Of a stretch of DNA of 32,000 bases, positions 24,261 to 31,770 are shown in pieces. Every line of letters begins with the position of its first letter. Positions within the stretch are counted from its first letter, which is position 1. The notes beneath the pieces are model-generated. The model saw only the letters and a list, made by a program, of their open reading frames with translations, searched no databases and had not been told where the DNA came from. The DNA comes from Candidatus Saccharimonadota bacterium (GTDB lineage Bacteria > Patescibacteriota > Saccharimonadia > Saccharimonadales > UBA4665), in assembly GCA_016700375.1 (NCBI GenBank), contig CP065016.1, positions 30,001-62,000 on the forward strand, given 5' to 3'. Both the position numbers and the translations under genes were made by a program.

Positions 24261-25280
24261 ATGAAGACAAAAGTGGCAATCAATGGGTTCGGGCGGATTG
24301 GGCGCAATGCTTTTAAGATTGCTCATGCCCGCGAAGACATAGATGTGGTGGCGGTAAATGACCTCACCGATACAAAAACACTCGCTTACCTCCTAAAGCA
24401 CGATACCAACTACGGCACCTACGACCGAGAGGTTACATACGACGACAAAAACATCATAGTCGACGGCCAGCCTATACTTGTTTGCGCCGAAAAGGACCCG
24501 AACTTGCTGCCCTGGAAAGACATGGGTGTTGATGTTGTCATAGAGAGTACGGGGCGTTTTACTGACCTAGAAGGAGCCAGCGGGCACCTCAAAGCTGGCG
24601 CTCGGCGAGTTGTTATTAGTGGTCCAACCAAGAGTAACGGTGTTGACACAGTAGTGCTTGGTGCCAACGATGACGTCCTTCAGGGCTCTACGGAGGTTAT
24701 TAGCAACGCCAGCTGTACCACGAACTCGCTCGGCGCAGTCATGAATGTGCTCGAGACCGAGTTTGGGATTGAAAAATCCATGCTGACAACCGTGCATAGC
24801 TATACCGCCAGCCAAGTCGTGCAGGACGCTCCCGCCAAAGACCTTCGTGAAGGTCGTAACGCGGCCGAGAACATTGTGCCAACTACAACTGGCGCGGCCA
24901 TAGCCGTCACGCTCACGTTGCCAAAGCTCAAAGACAAATTTGACGGCTTGAGCATTCGCGTACCAACCCCAGTTGTTAGCCTGAGTGATGTGACGGCACT
25001 GCTCAAGCGCAGTGTCACAGTAGAGGAAATAAACGAAGCTTTTAAAAAAGCCGCCCAGGAGCCGTTTTATCAAGGTATCCTTGGTGTTAGTGAAGAACCA
25101 CTGGTGAGTTCTGACTATATTGGCAACAGCCATAGTGGTGTTGTAGACTTACTGCTTACCAAAGTTGTAGGTGGCGACTTGGTGAAAGTTATGGTCTGGT
25201 ATGACAACGAGTGGGGTTACAGCAATCGTCTTGTCGAAGTAGTTGCTGACGCTGGTCGTTTATTGCACGCACAAAACTAG
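24261..25280 (+). CDS. gap: type I glyceraldehyde-3-phosphate dehydrogenase
   Basis: It has INGFGRIGRN, the active site SNASCTTN, and WYDNEWGYSNR. Confidence 0.95.
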   Translation: MKTKVAINGFGRIGRNAFKIAHAREDIDVVAVNDLTDTKTLAYLLKHDTNYGTYDREVTYDDKNIIVDGQPILVCAEKDPNLLPWKDMGVDVVIESTGRFTDLEGASGHLKAGARRVVISGPTKSNGVDTVVLGANDDVLQGSTEVISNASCTTNSLGAVMNVLETEFGIEKSMLTTVHSYTASQVVQDAPAKDLREGRNAAENIVPTTTGAAIAVTLTLPKLKDKFDGLSIRVPTPVVSLSDVTALLKRSVTVEEINEAFKKAAQEPFYQGILGVSEEPLVSSDYIGNSHSGVVDLLLTKVVGGDLVKVMVWYDNEWGYSNRLVEVVADAGRLLHAQN

Positions 25281-25291
25281 GAGAGCTGCCT

Positions 25292-25978
25292 ATGGCATGG
25301 CGTCGAAAGAAGTCGAACGAATCGTTATCTTCGCCCTCGAAGACGGGTTCTGAAGAAGACGCAAAAACTGCCAACTTGCAAGCTGCGTTTGCCAAAATTA
25401 AGTACCCGCCCCCAGTTGTTTCTATGGTAGGCGCTGTCGTTCATGCCGACGGTAAGGTTGAAGGTCGGCACCCGATTTCTTCGCCTGCATCACCTCAAAA
25501 CGCTTCGCCTATACCACAAACACCCGTTCCTGCTGCGACCACCGTAGCCAAAACACCCGCTCCAGAAAATCCGCCGAATGAAACAGTGCCCACCCCGCCC
25601 ACCCCAGCACAAGTCAAGGTCGCTCCCGAAGCAGAAAACCCTGTTGCGTTGGCTACTCAGACTGCTAGTGCACCGACATCGAAAACGCATGAAGGACCGC
25701 TAAGTAAAAAAGAGCTTACGGCGCTGGGAGAATTTCTGAAGCAAAAGAAAAAGGCACCAGCCCCGAAGACCGTAGCAACCCCAGTGATTGCGCCAACTAA
25801 TCCTGACCCCGAGGCGGCTATAGCTAGCCATATTGCGCAAAAAAAGAAAGCCGAAGAAGCTGACGCTGCGGCCATAGAGGCTGAAAAGTGGCACGTCTCT
25901 CAGGCCAAAATAAATGAGAAAACGCTTGACTCAAAAGAGCTATACCGCCTCATAGCCCTATGGCTGGCCGCCATCTGA
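25292..25978 (+). CDS. Pro/Ala-rich protein, 3'-truncated by the IS4-family insertion (5' fragment of a ~282-aa membrane protein gene)
   Basis: An AGGAGA SD is present. The stop TGA (25976-25978) lies inside the IS terminal repeat. See 27149-27314 for the displaced 3' part. Confidence 0.75.
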   Translation: MAWRRKKSNESLSSPSKTGSEEDAKTANLQAAFAKIKYPPPVVSMVGAVVHADGKVEGRHPISSPASPQNASPIPQTPVPAATTVAKTPAPENPPNETVPTPPTPAQVKVAPEAENPVALATQTASAPTSKTHEGPLSKKELTALGEFLKQKKKAPAPKTVATPVIAPTNPDPEAAIASHIAQKKKAEEADAAAIEAEKWHVSQAKINEKTLDSKELYRLIALWLAAI

Positions 25979-27139
25979 CCCACACTCACTTTTTTCCTCC
26001 TCCCCGTACATGAGCCACCGGTATCGGTGGTAGCAGCGGCGTACGTAGTAGCCGTTGCATATACTCCCAGGCTTGCTTGAACCAGCTCAGTCGTTTCTTG
26101 GGATGAATCTTCTGCTGTTGTTTTGGTAGTACTTTGACCGCATAGCGCCACAGTAACCACCAACCGAGGAAGACAAACAGCAGCAAGTTACGGATGACTT
26201 GTGGTTTTCTGACTCGTTGCCACTCCAATCGTTGCAACCACTTCACATCCTTGAAGGCTTCTTCAATTTCGAACCTTTCTGCGTAACGGTTCAGGACTTG
26301 TCTTCTGGTGAGGGCCTCTGTTCCCTCGCTCGGTAGGTTGGTCAACAAAAACCAGGGCTCCGGATCCTTCATGTTCGGATTGTAATCCGAACGAATAAGT
26401 CGGAGCTTATGTGTATGGTACGTGATGGGTAATTCCTCATGACTAATGTCATGGATGGGTTCCTTCCACCAGCTGGGATCCCAGGGAAGCTGAACGAGCT
26501 TGTCGCTCTTGGTACGAGCGATGAAGTGCACATCGTACAGGGCAAACAAAGTGAACAGTTTGTCACTAGCAAACCAGCGATCCATGACAAGTACCAGTTG
26601 CAGATCTGGTGCATTAACTTGAAGGAAATGGAACAGTCCCTCCAGCGCCACTAGAAGTGGCGCAATGAGAGCTGCTTCGCTGAGGTTCACCTGACACCAA
26701 ATGGGTATAGCTCGACCCTTGCGATGCGACACCGCCAAGATGGCGATACAAAACGGGCCGAATTGAGAGTGGTCCAGAGAGCAGTACCACCGACCAGTAT
26801 GCGAAGCTAACGCTTCGCTAACCAACAATCGCTGCAAGCGCACTGGCAGTTCCTCGTCAGTAACTAACCGACGAATGCGGTTTTCTCCAGTCCAGCGATT
26901 CAGCCCAAGCTTTCGACCAGCAGCGTTGAGCGAACAGAACTCCTGAAGGGAAAACTGTTCAACTCCGAGGAAGAAGCGACGAGCCTTAGCTTTTGGGATG
27001 TATGTCGCACGCAGCCGCTTTACAGCAGTTGCCATCTTTTGTAGTGTAGTCATTAGAAAACGACCTTTCTGTTTTAGCTTTTGTAACCAAAACTGTAGGG
27101 TCGTTTTTGTTATGTGTCAAAAAAGTGAGTGTGGGTCAG
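25975..27139 (-). mobile_element. IS4-family insertion sequence (1165 bp)
   Basis: Perfect 21-bp terminal inverted repeats CTGACCCACACTCACTTTTTT. A 9-bp direct repeat GGCCGCCAT flanks it (25966-25974 and 27140-27148). Confidence 0.9.
25986..27053 (-). CDS. IS4-family DDE transposase
   Basis: 355 aa with candidate catalytic residues in SLDHS and VMDRWF, plus YAERFEIEEAFKDVK, which fits the Y-2-R-3-E-6-K signature of IS4-family transposases. Confidence 0.85.
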   Translation of the reverse strand: MTTLQKMATAVKRLRATYIPKAKARRFFLGVEQFSLQEFCSLNAAGRKLGLNRWTGENRIRRLVTDEELPVRLQRLLVSEALASHTGRWYCSLDHSQFGPFCIAILAVSHRKGRAIPIWCQVNLSEAALIAPLLVALEGLFHFLQVNAPDLQLVLVMDRWFASDKLFTLFALYDVHFIARTKSDKLVQLPWDPSWWKEPIHDISHEELPITYHTHKLRLIRSDYNPNMKDPEPWFLLTNLPSEGTEALTRRQVLNRYAERFEIEEAFKDVKWLQRLEWQRVRKPQVIRNLLLFVFLGWWLLWRYAVKVLPKQQQKIHPKKRLSWFKQAWEYMQRLLRTPLLPPIPVAHVRGGGKK

Positions 27140-27148
27140 GGCCGCCAT

Positions 27149-27314
27149 ACCAGTCGCTTTTATACTGTATAAGTTAACGCAAGCTTTGGGCGCTGATAAA
27201 GCAACCGGCATAGGACGGTACCTCTATATTGCCCCAATATACCTTATAGCAATGTATAGTCTAGTTGGTTGGATACCGGTTGTGCTACTGTATATGAGAA
27301 CTCGAAAGGATTAA
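27149..27314 (+). pseudogene. displaced 3' fragment of the gene starting at 25292 (two predicted TM helices)
   Basis: Deleting the IS and one TSD copy joins ...LIALWLAAI to PVAFILYKLTQALGADKATGIGRYLYIAPIYLIAMYSLVGWIPVVLLYMRTRKD in the same frame. The track ORF 27129..27314 borrows a GTG inside the IS end. Confidence 0.8.
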
Positions 27315-27323
27315 CAAACAGCT

Positions 27324-27773
27324 ATGAAAATATTCGTTGGCGCAGACCACAACGGGTTTGACCTAAAAGTAACACTGCTAGACTACCTAAAAAGGGGTGG
27401 TTATGAGGTTGTCGATGCTGGCGACACCGAGAAGCACCCCGATGACGATTTCCCCCAGTTTGCAGCTGCCGCCGTCAACGCCATGGCCGCTGACCCGTCC
27501 AGTGATGTTCGAGGGGTTCTTATTACCAGCGGTGGTCAAGGTATGGCTATAGCCGCAAACCGTTTTAAGGGTATTCGTGCATGCGTGGGATGGAACCAAG
27601 ACACCGTGCGTGACGCGCGTAACGACAATGACTGCAACGTGCTATGCCTTCCTGCGCATAGTCTGGACTTTGAACAGGTAGTGGGGATTGTGCAAACCTG
27701 GCTTATTACGCCTTTCTCTGGTGCACCACGCTACAAACGTCGTATAGAAATGCTGGACGAACTGGGTAATTAA
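27324..27773 (+). CDS. RpiB/LacA/LacB-family sugar-phosphate isomerase paralogue lacking the known catalytic residues
   Basis: It has GADHNG and an RpiB-like fold signature AIAANRFKGIRA. However, TSGGQGM replaces CGTGVG (E. coli) and GGSGNGE (M. tuberculosis), and RNDND replaces RQHND. Confidence 0.75.
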   Translation: MKIFVGADHNGFDLKVTLLDYLKRGGYEVVDAGDTEKHPDDDFPQFAAAAVNAMAADPSSDVRGVLITSGGQGMAIAANRFKGIRACVGWNQDTVRDARNDNDCNVLCLPAHSLDFEQVVGIVQTWLITPFSGAPRYKRRIEMLDELGN

Positions 27774-27794
27774 CAGGGTGGAGAAAGATAGAAC

Positions 27795-28286
27795 ATGAAA
27801 ATAGCAATTACCACCGACCATGCAGGGTTTGAAGCACTAAAGGAACTAAAAACATATCTTGAAAGTCTCGGCCACGAATGTATAGATTATGGCCCAACAG
27901 TCTTTGATGCCGAGGACGACTATCCGGAGTTTATGTTCCCAGCCGCCCGCGCCGTGGCTGCTGGTGAGTGCGAACGAGGTGTCATTATGGGTGGCAGTGG
28001 GCAAGGCGAGGCAATGGCAGCAAACCGTATAGCGGGCATCCGGGCGGCACTATTTTACGGCCCGGTTACGGCGAAGGTGGCAGTGGACGCTGGTGGCACC
28101 CTAAGTGACGACCCCTACGAAATAGTAAAACTCTCTCGCCAGCACAACGATGCAAATGTACTGAGTCTATCTGGGCGCTTTCTTACACTTGACGAAATGA
28201 AAACCGCGCTCAAACTATGGCTGGAAACACCATTCAGCGGTGCCCAACGCCACGCTCGCCGTATACGAAAATTAGACGAGGTATAA
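27795..28286 (+). CDS. rpiB: ribose-5-phosphate isomerase B (actinobacterial/Glu-type)
   Basis: It has TTDHAG, GGSGQGEAMAANR (Glu at the M. tuberculosis Glu75 position), SRQHNDANVL and PFSGAQRHARRI. Confidence 0.85.
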   Translation: MKIAITTDHAGFEALKELKTYLESLGHECIDYGPTVFDAEDDYPEFMFPAARAVAAGECERGVIMGGSGQGEAMAANRIAGIRAALFYGPVTAKVAVDAGGTLSDDPYEIVKLSRQHNDANVLSLSGRFLTLDEMKTALKLWLETPFSGAQRHARRIRKLDEV

Positions 28287-28346
28287 ATCCCGGGTGAAAA
28301 TGACTGAGGTCGCTACCGCAAATGAAGTAAAAAATGGAGACGAAAG

Positions 28347-28985
28347 ATGAGTGTCAGCATATGTCCGACCGTAACTACCGACGACCCAGATGTGTACCGT
28401 GCGCACATGGAAGAAATTGCCACCTACGCAACCCGTGTGCATATTGACCTCGGGGACGGTATATTTACGCGGAAGCTTACTGACGTTGAAGATGTCTGGT
28501 GGCCAGGCGGCATGCGAGCGGACTTGCATGTGATGTTCCAGCAGCCGTTTTTACATGTGGCTTCCCTAAAAGCACTAGGGCCGCAGCTGGTGATTGTGCA
28601 TGCCGAGGCCGACGGTGACTTTATGGCATTTGCTCGGGAGATGCATCGGCACGGGATAGAGGCGGGTGTATCATTGCTACGAGAAACACCGGTTCAGGCT
28701 ATTGTTCCAGCACTGGAGCTTATAGACCATGTGCTCATATTTGCCGGAACGCTTGGGCAAAACACTGGCCCGGGGGGAGTCAATCTTGACGTTCTTGCCA
28801 AAGCAGCTCAACTTCGTGCGCTCAAGCCAAGTCTAGAGATTGGCTGGGACGGCGGCGCAAACGACACGAATGCGCGCCAGCTTATGGAAGGCGGGGTCGA
28901 TGTTATAAACTGTGGTGGATACTTACACGGCGAAAATCCACTTGCAGCCTGGCACCGCATACAGCAGATTGTTGGCAACGAATAA
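28347..28985 (+). CDS. ribulose-phosphate 3-epimerase-like TIM-barrel protein (divergent)
   Basis: VHIDLGDGIF (compare HxDxMDGxF), DLHVM, IVHAEA and GWDGG align with Rpe landmarks, but it is divergent overall. Confidence 0.6.
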   Translation: MSVSICPTVTTDDPDVYRAHMEEIATYATRVHIDLGDGIFTRKLTDVEDVWWPGGMRADLHVMFQQPFLHVASLKALGPQLVIVHAEADGDFMAFAREMHRHGIEAGVSLLRETPVQAIVPALELIDHVLIFAGTLGQNTGPGGVNLDVLAKAAQLRALKPSLEIGWDGGANDTNARQLMEGGVDVINCGGYLHGENPLAAWHRIQQIVGNE

Positions 28986-29059
28986 TTACCCCATAAGGTA
29001 AACCACTAGTTCTACTAGTGTGACTCGCAAAGGTTTGACCTTCCCAGTAGTAACCCAGA

Positions 29060-29650
29060 AAATAAGAGCACCCGGAACCGTTTAGGTTTCGGGTGCTCTT
29101 CTTGCGATTGGTTGCCCCGCTGAAAGGAAACCATCTATGTCTACATCGTTAGACTACCATAGCTTATCTCATTCAAAATGGGATTTGAAGTACCATATTG
29201 TCTTCATCCCGAAAGGGAGAAGGAAAGCTCTCTACGGTGAGATACGCCCACGGTTGGGTAGAATATTTCACGAGCTGGCTAACCAAAAAGAATGCAAGAT
29301 TCTGGAAGGCCATCTCATGTCCGATCATGTTCACATGCTCATGGAGATACCACCAAAGTACAAAATCTCTGAAGTGATTGGCTTCATGAAGGGCAAAAGC
29401 GCTATTGCCATTGCCAGAGAGTTCGGCGGTAAGACCAGAAATTTCACGGGTGAACATTTCTGGGCCCGGGGCTATGCTGTTTCAAGCGTTGGATTTGAAG
29501 AGCAGGCCATCAGAAAGTACATCAGAGAGCAGGAGATCGATGACACAGCATCATCGGCTCAAGGAGCCTTCTAACTAATCAAACTAATACTGCGGGGCAA
29601 CGATCGCCTTTTAGGCGACCCCACTCAGCAAGCCACCGGCATGCCGGTGG
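29060..29650 (+). mobile_element. IS200-type element (tnpA only); boundaries approximate
   Basis: A strong 16-bp hairpin (29064-29100) lies upstream of tnpA, as in IS200 left ends. The inverted 10-mers GTTGCCCCGC (29111-29120) and GCGGGGCAAC (29592-29601) bracket the ORF. An 18-bp perfect palindrome CCACCGGCATGCCGGTGG (29632-29649) lies downstream. No TSD is expected for this family. Confidence 0.6.
29137..29574 (+). CDS. tnpA: IS200/IS605-family Y1 (HUH) transposase TnpA
   Basis: 145 aa with the HUH motif SDHVHMLMEIPPKY and a C-terminal catalytic Tyr region IRKYIREQE. The size is typical. Confidence 0.9.
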   Translation: MSTSLDYHSLSHSKWDLKYHIVFIPKGRRKALYGEIRPRLGRIFHELANQKECKILEGHLMSDHVHMLMEIPPKYKISEVIGFMKGKSAIAIAREFGGKTRNFTGEHFWARGYAVSSVGFEEQAIRKYIREQEIDDTASSAQGAF

Positions 29651-29681
29651 TGTCTGACTAACTATCATTCCTGCCCCTCAC

Positions 29682-29706
29682 TGTCATTCCCGCGCAGGCG
29701 GGAATC
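29682..29706. repeat. GTCATYCC-type hairpin repeat (ATTCCC-N8-GGGAAT palindrome)
   Basis: GTCATTCCCGCGCAGGCGGGAATCC, closely similar to the left arm of the pheT element. Confidence 0.7.
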
Positions 29707-30105
29707 CATGCCTTTCTTTTAGTCATGCTGAATAAATTTCAGCATCCATACACCTCCGCTGATGTTTGTGCATTCGCTACACTCCAAAGTTTCACCAAAC
29801 CTTATCTCGCATATGGCAGTTCTCGGACAGCCAAACCGACCAACTTTGTTCAGTCAAAGTTGGATAAACCTGCCGGGGAGAGTGCAAACGACCGGCTTAC
29901 TTGAAATTTCTTTTGACCTGTTTGGCTCCTGCGGAACTCGCTCATTACATTCACTCAGACATCCTCGTCGCGCCAGCAATTTTTAGACAGTCTCAAATCA
30001 GTCGTTATGCATCCCCGGTTTTCCAATTACAACCTCTTACAGCGTCGAAGAAAGCACTCACTGCAGACCAACCTCTGCCCTAGTTGTATCTCTTTGCGAT
30101 AATAT

Positions 30106-30127
30106 ACTGGCGGCCGGTGGCCGCACA
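30106..30127 (-). terminator. candidate nadD terminator hairpin
   Basis: On the minus strand GCGGCC-acc-GGCCGC lies about 34 nt after the nadD stop. The downstream tract is only moderately T-rich. Confidence 0.35.
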
Positions 30128-30157
30128 CCTATCTCTTATCTCGTTGGTGCCCGTGAC

Positions 30158-30748
30158 TCAAGAAGCAAACAGGTGGTTCCGTTTGATGTAGCTAGCGATG
30201 GGTGCCGGGATAAGTGTAGAGGCGTCACTATGTGTAGCTAGTTTTGTTCTTACCTTGGTGGAGGAAATTGGTGCAGCGTAATCCGAAAGCGGCAAAAGAT
30301 GCTGAATATTTGATGCAGTTTTTGGCAGAGGAATGTTATTTCGTGGCACAACCATAACGGGCAGGTTTTTGGCAAGCCAATCGCCGTTCAGCCAGTGGCG
30401 AATGGTCGCATAGCTATCACTCCCGTACACAAACCAAAAGTCTGTCTCGGGGTAATCCCGCAGGAACTCCTGGTAGGTGTCATAGGTTTCAGTGGCAATG
30501 CCTCGCTTCAGCTCTGTGTCGACTATTCGCAGCCGCTTCTCTGCGTTACATACATTTTTTACAACGATTTTGAGCATAGCGAGCTGGTCTGCGGCAGTCA
30601 CGGCGATGTTTTTATCAGTTCGGTTACCGGAAGGCACTAGCCATACTTCGTCCACGTCCGGCACGGCAAGACACCGTGCAATAATTTCCGTATGCGCCAG
30701 CGTTGGGGGGCTAAAACTCCCCCCAAACACGATGACTTTTCTTTTCAT
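30158..30748 (-). CDS. nadD: nicotinate/nicotinamide-nucleotide adenylyltransferase
   Basis: GGSFSPPTLAH is a variant of the (H/T)xGH nucleotidyltransferase motif, and ISSTKVR is the ISSTxxR motif. The length is 196 aa. Confidence 0.8.
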   Translation of the reverse strand: MKRKVIVFGGSFSPPTLAHTEIIARCLAVPDVDEVWLVPSGNRTDKNIAVTAADQLAMLKIVVKNVCNAEKRLRIVDTELKRGIATETYDTYQEFLRDYPETDFWFVYGSDSYATIRHWLNGDWLAKNLPVMVVPRNNIPLPKTASNIQHLLPLSDYAAPISSTKVRTKLATHSDASTLIPAPIASYIKRNHLFAS

Positions 30749-30783
30749 GCTGCATATTATCTCATATTCTTATCTCATAACTC

Positions 30784-30812
30784 TTAACTCTTATCTCTAA
30801 CCAATGTATAAT
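30784..30812 (+). promoter_or_regulatory. predicted tkt promoter: TTAACT-N17-TATAAT, with the -10 box 10 nt from the ATG
   Basis: TTAACT (30784-30789), a 17-nt spacer, TATAAT (30807-30812), cataaccagc, then ATG 30823. No SD is present. The -35 box sits in AACTCTTAACTCTTA. Confidence 0.5.
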
Positions 30813-30822
30813 CATAACCAGC

Positions 30823-31677
30823 ATGGGTAAGCTAACTATTAAACAGCTCGAACAAAAAGCCAATACCATCCGTGAAGACATCATTCGTATGCTGGAGCAC
30901 GCTGGCAGCGGCCACAGTGCGGGGCCACTTGGGCTCGCCGACATTTTTACGGCACTGTATTTCGACGTCATGAAACTCGACCCCAAAAAGCCCGACTGGG
31001 ACGAACGAGACATACTTCTGCTCAGTAATGGCCACTGCGTACCGGTGCAGTATGCGACCATGGCAGAAGCTGGGTACTTCCCGAAACACGAGCTTATGAC
31101 GCTCCGCAAGTTCGGTAGCCGGCTGCAGGGTCACCCCGAGCGGAAGAAATTGCCCGGCCTGGAAAATACCAGCGGTCCTTTGGGCTGCGGACTAAGCCAA
31201 GCGGCTGGTATGGGGCTGGCGTTTCGGCTGAACAAACAGTCGCACCGGCACATTTACGTTGTGATGGGCGACGGCGAGCTCAACGAGGGAAACGTGTGGG
31301 AAGCAGCCATGCTCGCCCCAAAGTACAATCTGACTAATCTCACGGCAATAGTTGACCGGAATAACATACAGATAGATGGCCCGACTGAGTCGGTTATGCC
31401 GCTCGAAGACCTAAAAGGCAAATGGGAAAGTTTTGGCTGGCACGTTATGGAAATAGACGGCAACGACATAGAAGCCGTTATAGACGCCTGCGCCATGGCC
31501 AAGGCTATTACTGAAAAACCGGTCTGTATTTTGGCCTACACCGTGCCTGGCAAAGGTGTTGACTTTATGGAATACGATTTCCACTGGCACGGTGTGCCGC
31601 CCAACCACGAACAGGCCCGTGAAGCCCTCCACGAACTCCGCACCCTAGGCGGCAAGATTCGGAGCGAACATGAGTAA
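30823..31677 (+). CDS. transketolase, N-terminal (TPP-binding) subunit
   Basis: 284 aa with SGHSAGPLGLADIFTALYF and GDGELNEGNVWEA, forming a stand-alone N-terminal module. Confidence 0.9.
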   Translation: MGKLTIKQLEQKANTIREDIIRMLEHAGSGHSAGPLGLADIFTALYFDVMKLDPKKPDWDERDILLLSNGHCVPVQYATMAEAGYFPKHELMTLRKFGSRLQGHPERKKLPGLENTSGPLGCGLSQAAGMGLAFRLNKQSHRHIYVVMGDGELNEGNVWEAAMLAPKYNLTNLTAIVDRNNIQIDGPTESVMPLEDLKGKWESFGWHVMEIDGNDIEAVIDACAMAKAITEKPVCILAYTVPGKGVDFMEYDFHWHGVPPNHEQAREALHELRTLGGKIRSEHE

Positions 31678-31680
31678 AAG

Positions 31681-31747
31681 TATTTGGTATTTGGTATTTG
31701 GTATTTGGCAAATCGCAGCTGGGCTAGATACTAGATACCAAATACCA
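31681..31747. repeat. heptamer array (TATTTGG x4) plus a complementary distal arm, between the two transketolase genes
   Basis: TATTTGG x4 occupies 31681-31708. CTAGATA x2 occupies 31724-31737. TACCAAATACCA (31736-31747) is complementary to TGGTATTTGGTA, which occurs in three registers of the array. Confidence 0.8.
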
Positions 31748-31770
31748 TATACCCAGAATGGGGTGAAATA

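Noticed and set aside
27129-27314. Independent 61-aa gene
   Set aside because: Its GTG start and first 7 codons lie in the IS end and the TSD copy. The remainder is in frame with the gene interrupted at 25974. It is better explained as a displaced 3' fragment.
29880-29910. RNase P RNA, because CGACCGGCTTAC resembles the ACAGAAnCCGGCTTA element near the 3' end of bacterial RNase P RNA
   Set aside because: There is no GAGGAAAGTCC (CR-I) or GGTGCGGTAAG-type element within 400 nt upstream on either strand. This is an isolated short resemblance only.
29762-30083. Two overlapping + ORFs (74 and 60 aa)
   Set aside because: They have no SD, overlap each other in different frames, and have low-information sequences. 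They were treated as non-coding (see the finding on this interval).
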